Part shown: one piece after another, positions 56,478-64,000 of the stretch | Layout: the number at the start of each line of letters is the position of its first letter | How positions within the stretch are numbered: the first letter of the stretch is position 1 | DNA from: Candidatus Heimdallarchaeota archaeon | Lineage (GTDB): Archaea > Asgardarchaeota > Heimdallarchaeia > Heimdallarchaeales > Heimdallarchaeaceae | Length of the DNA: 64,000 nucleotides | NCBI GenBank assembly: GCA_021399395.1 | Contig: JAAFKJ010000043.1 | Span: 18,545 to 82,544 of the forward strand | Direction: 5' to 3' | Position numbers and translations under genes: made by a program | The notes under the pieces: model-generated | Database searches by the model: none | Told to the model about the DNA's origin: nothing | Seen by the model: only the letters and a program-made list of their open reading frames with translations

Positions 56478-58391
56478 TTGAATCCAAATCCCAGCAAGTT
56501 TTATGGTTATAGAGGACAAATATTAATAGTAGATTTAGAGGAATCTACTGTTCAAAAGGAAACCCTAGATCAAAAATATATTGAAGAGTTCCTTGGTGGA
56601 AGAGGGTGGGCAATAAAGTATCTTTTTGATAATTTGGAAAAAGATATTGACCCACTTGGACCTGAGAATATTCTAGTTATCAGTTTAGGTCCCTTAACCG
56701 GTACCTTGGCTCCTTCTTCCGCACGATATACGATAGCATCTAAATCACCTCTTACAGGAGGAATTGGATATGCGAACTCAGGTGGGCATTTTGCTCCTGA
56801 ACTTGCTTATGCTGGTTATGATGCCATCTTTATTCATGGTCGTGCAAAGTCCCCTGTATATCTTTACATCAAAGATGATGAGGTAGAAATTAAGGATGCC
56901 AAACATCTGTGGGGAAAGGACACTTGGGAGACTGATGAGATACTAAGAGCGGAATATTCAGAAGATTTCCAAGTACTAAGCATTGGGCAAGGAGGAGAAA
57001 ATCTTGTCAAATATGCTGCGATTCTAAACAATCTTTCTAGGGCTGCTGCAAGAACTGGAGTTGGGGCTGTAATGGGTTCAAAGAATCTAAAAGCGATTGC
57101 TGTTAAAGGATCTGGAGCAGTTGAAGTTGCAGAACCAAAAGCATTTGATAGTTTTATAGATGAAACTTTACAAAAAATCTATGATGATCCTGCATACCCA
57201 AGTCTTTCTTATTATGGTACAGCTTTCTTGGTAGATTTAGCTTACATTAGTGGTGGTTTAGCAACAAGAAATAACCAAACTGGAATATTTGAAGACTATG
57301 AATCACTCTCAGCAGAAACTTTTGATGAAGAATTCAAAGTAAAATCAGAAAGTTGTTTTGCATGTCCGATTCACTGTGGTAAGTACTCTAAAGTTGAATC
57401 TGGAAAATATGCTGGTACTAAAGGAGGAAGTCCAGAGTATGAAACAATAGTATGCTTTGGTTCAAAGTGTGGTATTGGGGATTTAGCTGTTATTATCAAA
57501 GCAAATGAATTGGCAAATAGATATGGATTGGATACTATCTCTCTAGGCGACACTATAGCATTTGTAATGGAAGCTTTCCAAAAAGGATTATTGACTAAGG
57601 AAGATACTGATGGTATTGAAGTAGTCTGGGGAAACGAAGAAGCTCTACTATCATTAATAACGAAAGTAGCTTATAGAGAAGGATTTGGGAACGATTTAGC
57701 AGAAGGAACTAAGAGGCTTTCAGAAAAAATAGGTAAAGGATCTGAAAAATTTGCTCATCATATAAAGGGCATGGAACCTCCAGCTTATGATGTTAGAACT
57801 GCTAAAGCTTTTGGTCTGGGATGGGCTACTGCAACTAGAGGTGCAGATCATTTAGCTGCTCTACCTAATTTTGAATTGTTAGGTTATGATCCTGAAAAAG
57901 GTCTTGAGTGGTTTGGATCAAAAGAATCTGTTGATCCCTTCTCGTGGAAAGGAAAACCAAGGATGGTTTATTGGCACGAAAACTTTGGCGCAATAGTAGA
58001 TTCTGCTGAGATGTGTAAATATACTTGTTTTTCAGCTTACGCTGTTAAACCCGAAGATATGTCAAAATTTCTAACCTATGCAACAGGATATGATTTTTCT
58101 CCAGACAAATTGATGTTAATTGGTGAAAGAATTTACAATCTTGAAAGGTTGTTTAATTTACGTGAAGGAATAGGGAGAGATGAAGATAAACTGCCCCCTA
58201 GATTCACAGATGAGCCCTTACCTGAAGGACCAGCAAAAGGCAACTATGTAGAACTGGATAAAATGCTTCCAGAGTATTATGAGTTGAGACAATGGGATTT
58301 TAAGTCAGGCTTACCAAGTGTTCTACTGTTAGAAAAGTTGAATCTTCTTGCTGAGGCAGAAAAGTATGATCTTAAATCTAAGGAGGAATGA
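56478..58391 (+). CDS. aor: tungsten-containing aldehyde:ferredoxin oxidoreductase
   Basis: The N-terminal AOR block (YGYRGQILIVDL...GGRGWAIKYL...SLGPLTGTLAPSSARYTIASKSPLTGG...YAGYDAIFIHG) and the cluster/pterin-binding regions (CFACPIHCGKY) are present; 637 aa. Confidence 0.9.
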   Translation: MNPNPSKFYGYRGQILIVDLEESTVQKETLDQKYIEEFLGGRGWAIKYLFDNLEKDIDPLGPENILVISLGPLTGTLAPSSARYTIASKSPLTGGIGYANSGGHFAPELAYAGYDAIFIHGRAKSPVYLYIKDDEVEIKDAKHLWGKDTWETDEILRAEYSEDFQVLSIGQGGENLVKYAAILNNLSRAAARTGVGAVMGSKNLKAIAVKGSGAVEVAEPKAFDSFIDETLQKIYDDPAYPSLSYYGTAFLVDLAYISGGLATRNNQTGIFEDYESLSAETFDEEFKVKSESCFACPIHCGKYSKVESGKYAGTKGGSPEYETIVCFGSKCGIGDLAVIIKANELANRYGLDTISLGDTIAFVMEAFQKGLLTKEDTDGIEVVWGNEEALLSLITKVAYREGFGNDLAEGTKRLSEKIGKGSEKFAHHIKGMEPPAYDVRTAKAFGLGWATATRGADHLAALPNFELLGYDPEKGLEWFGSKESVDPFSWKGKPRMVYWHENFGAIVDSAEMCKYTCFSAYAVKPEDMSKFLTYATGYDFSPDKLMLIGERIYNLERLFNLREGIGRDEDKLPPRFTDEPLPEGPAKGNYVELDKMLPEYYELRQWDFKSGLPSVLLLEKLNLLAEAEKYDLKSKEE

Positions 58392-58894
58392 TAATGGAAA
58401 AACAACAGACTAAGAGAATATTTGTTATGCAAGACAGATGTAACGGGTGTAGAATATGTGAACTCAGATGTTCATTCTATCATAACCAAGTATATTCCCC
58501 TACTCTGTCAAGGATATATGTTGTTAAAAGCGAACTTGAAGGGTTAACAGAACCGAAAACTTGTGTGATCTGTGGGAAATGTATTGATGCATGTCCTGAG
58601 AAAGCCATTTCAAAATCTACAACAACTGGTGCAATTTCTATCAACGGAGAGATATGCACTGGTTATATGGCATGCGTAGAGGTTTGTCCCTTTGAAGTGA
58701 TGCGCTTTGATCATACTAAAGGCGTGGCATTCACTTGCGATTTATGTGACGGGGATCCTCAATGTGTGAAATATTGTCCAGAAGAAGCTTTATTCTACAT
58801 GACTCCTAAAGAATTCTCTGATTTTAAGAAAAAAGAACAACAAACGAAATCTACTGGTGAACAAAAAAAACCCGATGTAATTCCCCAGGAATAA
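58388..58894 (+). CDS. 4Fe-4S ferredoxin-domain protein (two or more clusters), translationally coupled to aor
   Basis: CNGCRICELRC, CVICGKCIDACP, CTGYMACVEVCP and CDLCDGDPQCVKYCP are present. The start ATG overlaps the aor stop (AATGA). Confidence 0.8.
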   Translation: MIMEKQQTKRIFVMQDRCNGCRICELRCSFYHNQVYSPTLSRIYVVKSELEGLTEPKTCVICGKCIDACPEKAISKSTTTGAISINGEICTGYMACVEVCPFEVMRFDHTKGVAFTCDLCDGDPQCVKYCPEEALFYMTPKEFSDFKKKEQQTKSTGEQKKPDVIPQE

Positions 58895-58918
58895 GAGGCT
58901 TGATTAATTTTTTTAGGA

Positions 58919-60739
58919 CTACTTACCATTTTTCAAGTCTTCTTCAAAATCATGTAATATATCCATATCTTCTTGAAATATCTCATTATGTGCCCGAATA
59001 TCCTCTGCAAAACGAACTCTAATGTAAATATAAAAATTCGTAGCTACTCTCTTAATAACCTCTGCAATTGTTTTAATTTTTATTAAAACTAAAACTACAA
59101 TTCCAGTAAGAAAAAGCCACACTGGTAATAGATACACACCATAAAATAATGGCCAATTGTTGAATATTCTTGGATTGGTGAGACTGTAATACTCATCAAG
59201 ATTTGAGAAACCATCTCCGTCGGGATCTTGATTTGTACTAACTTCAAGTGGGTCTAATCTGTATTCTATCTCCCAGTAATCTGGTAATAAGTCGTTATCT
59301 GTATCATTTTTGTACATATCCGTATGATAGTAATTTGATTCAATCAAATCATCCAGAAAATCTCCATCACTGTCAGGCCTACCATGGTGCATATAACTAC
59401 CACCATAAGTCCACCAAGAACCTGTTGAATTTGTAGATTCTGTTAATTCAAAGCAGTAAACATCCTCCTGAACAGGTCTAGAAACAATCACCTCTAAATT
59501 GGAATCTAAATCAATATCAGTTATTAAGGGAGGTTCTTTACTCATACTACCAAGATCTCTAAAAAGCATGAGTTGCCCCAGAACGTTCAAAACAACAAAA
59601 TGACTTTCACCTTCACTAAACAAAGTTTCAAGTTTTCCATCATTATCGATATCTACTAAGGCGGGACTTCCTACTCGCAATGTTGAATTAAAATTCCAAA
59701 GATCTTTACCTGTTGAATCAATACAAAAAACCTGACCTCTACCTGTTTCCCAGTCATAACTACTAGATACAATTTCTAGCTTTCCATCATCATTCACATC
59801 TGCAATGCACGGGTCATAATACATTAGATTACTTCTGTTATTCGCATGTTTTTGTTGATAAATCCATTCAATATTACCTTCATGATCAAAACAGTATAGT
59901 TTGACAATGTTTCCAATACAAATTTCCAAAGAGTCGTCATTATCTAAATCAGCTATACTGAAAAGAGCATCTCCTCTTATTGTAGGACTAGCAATCCATT
60001 TTTGCTCTCCTTGTAGTGACATACAATGAAGTTTGTAATCATTTCCAATCATAATAATTTCAATCTCACCATCGTAATCTAAGTCGGCTACAGTTGGCGC
60101 TCCTCCAAGCATATCTGTCCAAAATCCAGAGTAGTCTAGTTCAATATTGAATTCTTTGATAAATTCTCCATCATGATTCAAAAGAAATGGTTGGCTAGTG
60201 GTTTTTGCAGTTGAAACAAGAATATCTAAATGGCTATCACCATCCATATCAAAAACACAGGGAGTAAAATCCTCTAGTTCATAATTAGCTGTATACTCCC
60301 ATAATTTCCATCCTAAGGAGTTTATACAGATGATTGAAGATCTCCCAGTTACAAGTACATCTGGAGCTCCATCCTCATTCAAATCCGCTATAACCATCTT
60401 ACCCGTTAATGTACTTGTTAGATGAGTTTCCCATCTTAGACTCCCATCGGAGTTTATACAATACAACTCGTGAGGTGTTGATATTAAGACCTCTTTGAAC
60501 CCGTCTCTGTCTAAATCTGCAAGAAGTGGTGGTCCAACAATCTCTTTACTAATGAGTCTTACCCAAGATGTTTCTAAATACTCCCTTCCAAAGAAGTCAT
60601 CATCAAAACCTTTACTAGAAACAGGTTGATAGAATGTCGATGATGATAGTACGAGTGCTAATAATAATGTAACTATAACGTTTAAACGTTTAAGATTTGA
60701 ATTGTGCACTCTAACAACCACAGGAATATGTTCGTTCAA
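58919..60739 (-). CDS. secreted FG-GAP/VCBS-repeat beta-propeller protein (integrin-alpha-like) with thrombospondin-type-3-like Ca-binding repeats and a C-terminal TM anchor
   Basis: Signal peptide; at least eight DxDxDG-type repeats with flanking hydrophobics (ADLDRDGFKEVL, ADLNEDGAPDVL, FDMDGDSHLDIL, ADLDYDGEIEII, ADVNDDGKLEIV, VDIDNDGKLETL and others). Asp-rich motifs (DSDGDFLDD, DTDNDLLPD, DPDGDGFSN) precede a TM helix. Confidence 0.6.
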   Translation of the reverse strand: MNEHIPVVVRVHNSNLKRLNVIVTLLLALVLSSSTFYQPVSSKGFDDDFFGREYLETSWVRLISKEIVGPPLLADLDRDGFKEVLISTPHELYCINSDGSLRWETHLTSTLTGKMVIADLNEDGAPDVLVTGRSSIICINSLGWKLWEYTANYELEDFTPCVFDMDGDSHLDILVSTAKTTSQPFLLNHDGEFIKEFNIELDYSGFWTDMLGGAPTVADLDYDGEIEIIMIGNDYKLHCMSLQGEQKWIASPTIRGDALFSIADLDNDDSLEICIGNIVKLYCFDHEGNIEWIYQQKHANNRSNLMYYDPCIADVNDDGKLEIVSSSYDWETGRGQVFCIDSTGKDLWNFNSTLRVGSPALVDIDNDGKLETLFSEGESHFVVLNVLGQLMLFRDLGSMSKEPPLITDIDLDSNLEVIVSRPVQEDVYCFELTESTNSTGSWWTYGGSYMHHGRPDSDGDFLDDLIESNYYHTDMYKNDTDNDLLPDYWEIEYRLDPLEVSTNQDPDGDGFSNLDEYYSLTNPRIFNNWPLFYGVYLLPVWLFLTGIVVLVLIKIKTIAEVIKRVATNFYIYIRVRFAEDIRAHNEIFQEDMDILHDFEEDLKNGK

Positions 60740-60782
60740 ACAGTTAAAAATTTACTTAAAAGAACATGAATTTTATCTCTGC

Positions 60783-61070
60783 TTACCCCCCAGCTATCGC
60801 TGGCATTAAAACAACCATGTCATCTTCACATAATTTTGTATTAAGACCATCTAGTAAGTTAATATTACGTGCATTAACAATGATTCTGTAAATCTTACGA
60901 ATTTCACCTTTATCATTAAATAACTCTTGTTCAAGTTCAAGGCCAAATTCTTTGATAAGTTTAGATATCAGATCCTTGACTAAAGTGGCTTCATAAGAAA
61001 ATTGTTTCTTTCCTATAATCTTTTTTAATCTAGCAAAAGTAACAACGTTTACTCTAACCATTTGGATCAC
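60783..61070 (-). CDS. MoaD/ThiS/SAMP-like ubiquitin-fold small protein ending in Gly-Gly
   Basis: 95 aa with a beta-grasp-like pattern and a C-terminal ...VVLMPAIAGG diglycine. Confidence 0.6.
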   Translation of the reverse strand: MIQMVRVNVVTFARLKKIIGKKQFSYEATLVKDLISKLIKEFGLELEQELFNDKGEIRKIYRIIVNARNINLLDGLNTKLCEDDMVVLMPAIAGG

Positions 61071-61128
61071 ATATTGATATTGTCTTTTTGTGTTCTTGAT
61101 ATTATCTACTAAACTAGAAATAAAAATA

Positions 61129-63072
61129 TTATCTTTTGCTTGGAAAAATCATTTTTGCAATATCTTCAATCATGATTTTTGAATCAGATACTAAAGCTTT
61201 AGAGCATTTCATTGCTTTTATCAGATTTTCCCATACTGAGGTAGAAGTTCCAATGATTTTTGCAAATGCTTCTAATTTTTGAGATGCAGCGTAAGTTTGT
61301 CCTTTTATTACATAACCAAAAAACATGGGTTTCTTTGGTTTGAGCAAGACTGTATATTCCTGATGCTTTATTCTTTCTACTGATCCTTTAGAAGAAAATG
61401 TTTCATTGCAAAAATTGATTATTGCTGCAAGAAACCCTCCCACTAAAACTCCATCTAACTCACTACCTTCCAGAAAATTCTTGGTGTATAATGGAGTTCC
61501 TGAATCTGCTAGTATGAGGAGCATAACAGGTTCTTCGTTAATTAATTGAGGAAATTCAATATCTCCCTTATTACTCAAACTTACCATTAATTCTCCAAAT
61601 CTTGTTAGTTCTAATCTGTCTTTTAAGCATGCATTTTTGTTGATTAGGTCTTCCCAATCACTGAGCTGCTCCAACATTACGTCATGTTCGTTCGAAATCT
61701 TCATTGCTAGATGTTTGAGATTTTTGTCCTCAGCTATTTGTTCAGCTTGTGTTAGTAAAATCCTAGCTTTTACTAAATCTAAGTCAATCAGAGCTAGTTG
61801 GCTTTGTAGTAAGTATGTTTTTGTGAGTAAAGTAAATGAATTTTGATGTTCTGCAATTTCTGATAGGCTTTCTATCATGTTTTTAATCAAATCTAGTAAT
61901 TCTTGATCTCCAGACATCTTGAGTTCTTCGAGAAGAAGTTCAATAAAATTGAGGAGTGCAGTAATTGTTAGAGAATGATCCAACACATCTTCTTCTAAAA
62001 TTCCTTGAAATAATTCTTGTGCTCGGACTTTATCTTTCATTCTGCTACTGCTTTTTAGATAATAAGCTTCTGCAACTCGACTAATCTGATCGATAAAATC
62101 ACTTTTATCTTCTCTTTGAATTTCCAAAATTCTGTCTAAGTATCTCTTTGCTCTTTCTTTCATCTGGGCATCTAAAGACACGGTAACTAAACCATACAAT
62201 GATAGGACAATATCTGCTTTATTGCCAATTTTTTCTCTTAGGTATAAACTCTCTTTATAGTATAATGTTGATGTTTCCCAATCTCCTCTCTGTTGATAAA
62301 TATCGCCGATATTACAGAGAACTAGTGCTGTATATTGGTTATTACCTGTACTTTCCCACAATCTGAGACATTGTTTGAAGTTGTCCAAAGCTTTGTCAAT
62401 TTCGCCTGTGTAAAGGTAGATATTTCCTATGTTGTTTACAATAGTGGCAATGTCATCTTCGTTACCAATCTCTTTGTAAATAGTCAAACTTTGGTCATAA
62501 TATTCCAATGCTTTATCTAATTCTCCTTTGGTTCTGTATAGCACTCCTATATTGTTTAATATTGTACTAATTTCTTTTTGATCGTTAAGTACATTCCAGA
62601 TTTTCAGGCTCTCCGAATACAATTCCAGTGCTTTTTCATGATTTCCTTTAGATTGATAGATTACTCCTTTCAATTTGATTGTACTAGCTTGTCGCTTTTT
62701 GACTTCTTTCTTCTCTTTTCTTTCAATACTAGAAAGGATTTCATCATTTTGTTTGAGAATTTCTAGTGCTTGATTAAGTCTCCCAAGTCTCCAAAGAGAA
62801 TAGGCTTTCTCAATAATTGCATCCATGTGAATAAAATAGAGATTGTTGGTTTTACTTCTCTGGGATGTTGATTCTAATAATTCAAGAGCTTGAGAGTATT
62901 TTCCTAATTTATTTAAAATCGTGCTCTTACATACTTGACAACTAAGCTGTTCCTTAGTAGGGAGTTTTTCGGATTTCTCAAGAGTCTCCACTAGGTGAAG
63001 CGCTTCTTCATACTTTCCTTTAACAATTAGTTGATCAGCTCTATCAAGCTGACTTGAATTTGAACCAACCAT
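61129..63072 (-). CDS. TPR-repeat protein with a C-terminal non-repeat domain
   Basis: About ten consecutive 34-aa TPR units in the N-terminal 300 aa (ALELYSESLKIWNVLNDQKEISTILNNIGVLY, ALEYYDQSLTIYKEIGNEDDIATIVNNIGNIY and others). Confidence 0.65.
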   Translation of the reverse strand: MVGSNSSQLDRADQLIVKGKYEEALHLVETLEKSEKLPTKEQLSCQVCKSTILNKLGKYSQALELLESTSQRSKTNNLYFIHMDAIIEKAYSLWRLGRLNQALEILKQNDEILSSIERKEKKEVKKRQASTIKLKGVIYQSKGNHEKALELYSESLKIWNVLNDQKEISTILNNIGVLYRTKGELDKALEYYDQSLTIYKEIGNEDDIATIVNNIGNIYLYTGEIDKALDNFKQCLRLWESTGNNQYTALVLCNIGDIYQQRGDWETSTLYYKESLYLREKIGNKADIVLSLYGLVTVSLDAQMKERAKRYLDRILEIQREDKSDFIDQISRVAEAYYLKSSSRMKDKVRAQELFQGILEEDVLDHSLTITALLNFIELLLEELKMSGDQELLDLIKNMIESLSEIAEHQNSFTLLTKTYLLQSQLALIDLDLVKARILLTQAEQIAEDKNLKHLAMKISNEHDVMLEQLSDWEDLINKNACLKDRLELTRFGELMVSLSNKGDIEFPQLINEEPVMLLILADSGTPLYTKNFLEGSELDGVLVGGFLAAIINFCNETFSSKGSVERIKHQEYTVLLKPKKPMFFGYVIKGQTYAASQKLEAFAKIIGTSTSVWENLIKAMKCSKALVSDSKIMIEDIAKMIFPSKR

Positions 63073-63153
63073 GGAACCCCTAATAAAATATATGTCATTT
63101 ACAATTAATAAACTTACGAAGAGGGTAATGTCAAATAAACGATTTCACAACTC

Positions 63154-63402
63154 TCATTTTTCGGAAAATTTCTCTCGCAGAATCTTCATGGCTTCAGTAC
63201 ACGATAACTCCTCAAGCTCTTTAGCAGACTTGAAGTGTTTTTCACAAAACCATTCAGCATATGGAGGGTGACCAACAGATCCTTTTCTTTCCATTTCCTC
63301 CTCCCACTCAATATCCCATTTAGTTTTCTTAAAATAGATTACATCACCTTCATCTGATGGAGTAAATCTTGTGTCACAAATAATACAAATTGGAGGTTTC
63401 AT
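63154..63402 (-). CDS. small hypothetical protein with a putative CxxC...CxxH zinc-binding site
   Basis: CIICD...CEKH spaced like a small zinc ribbon; 82 aa. Confidence 0.4.
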   Translation of the reverse strand: MKPPICIICDTRFTPSDEGDVIYFKKTKWDIEWEEEMERKGSVGHPPYAEWFCEKHFKSAKELEELSCTEAMKILREKFSEK

Positions 63403-63445
63403 TGTTCTTCAAATGGTACTTTATTATATAAAAATTTGGAAAACA

Positions 63446-63949
63446 TCACTCTAATCTTACACTTCTTCTAATGGCAGTCATAGTTTCAGTTGCCATTAAT
63501 CTATTATTTGGGTCCTCATCATTTCTTGCAATTTCACCAAGTATTCCAATCGCTTGAGGTTCCTTCAGAACCCCAATATTACTTATTGCCTCAAATCTTA
63601 CTCTAGAATGTGCATCATCCAATGCTCTCAAATTAATTTCGTACATATTTGGATCTTCTATTTCCCCAATATCAATTAATTTCCTTAACTCCTGAAGAGC
63701 AAGTAATCTTATTTCCCAATCTTCATCTTCATAGGCTTTTTCTAAATGAGGAATTGGATTACCTTCAACTCTATAAGTTAAGAATTCAACCACTACTTCT
63801 CTTACTAGTTTATTCATGTCTAAGATGAACCTAGCAACCAGAGAAGCCGGGACTTTAATGGGAAATTGCAGCAATGTAGTCTTGGATTCTTTCCTGACGG
63901 ATTCTGAGCCATCTTTTAAGGATTCAAATAATGGCTCAATCATAGCCAT
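63446..63949 (-). CDS. HEAT/PBS-lyase-repeat protein
   Basis: Repeated DxxxxVRxxAxxxLG units (DWEIRLLALQEL, DAHSRVRFEAISNIG, DPNNRLMATETM). Confidence 0.55.
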   Translation of the reverse strand: MAMIEPLFESLKDGSESVRKESKTTLLQFPIKVPASLVARFILDMNKLVREVVVEFLTYRVEGNPIPHLEKAYEDEDWEIRLLALQELRKLIDIGEIEDPNMYEINLRALDDAHSRVRFEAISNIGVLKEPQAIGILGEIARNDEDPNNRLMATETMTAIRRSVRLE

Positions 63950-64000
63950 ATCATTGAAATTCTTTAGTTCTTTAGCTGATGAATAACGAACCTGTGGGTG

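Overview
This is a low-GC chromosomal segment of an anaerobic archaeon with about 60 densely packed genes. The archaeal assignment rests on PAC2 (proteasome assembly chaperone 2), PDO (protein disulfide oxidoreductase), AlaX, ADP-forming acetyl-CoA synthetase, tungsten AOR, 1Fe superoxide reductase and an intron-containing tRNA with encoded CCA. The numerous HEAT/TPR/FG-GAP/SAMP-like proteins suggest an Asgard/Lokiarchaeia-like organism, but that is inference only. The core content is peptide and amino-acid fermentation plus housekeeping: gcvT, agmatinase, hutU, acdAB, AOR with a ferredoxin, a PorG/PorD fusion, RtcB, TatD, purB, AlaX and a permuted GTPase. Accessory content includes a seven-gene MoxR-AAA+/DUF58-vWA operon full of large secreted and membrane proteins. 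There is also a GC-rich IS607-like insertion, with a truncated tnpA and an unusually long TnpB carrying a 3' hairpin, next to a tRNA-Tyr. The most unusual locus is at 47953-51746. A 562-aa signal-peptide/TM protein ends in a Gly/Ser linker followed by a perfect (Cys-Ala)6 tail encoded by a hexanucleotide microsatellite. Its stop overlaps (ATGA) the start of a radical SAM/SPASM enzyme that carries an N-terminal PqqD-like RRE (RiPP recognition element) domain, and a SAM methyltransferase follows. This looks like a RiPP-style maturation cassette acting on the tail of a large membrane protein. No CRISPR array or rRNA was seen.
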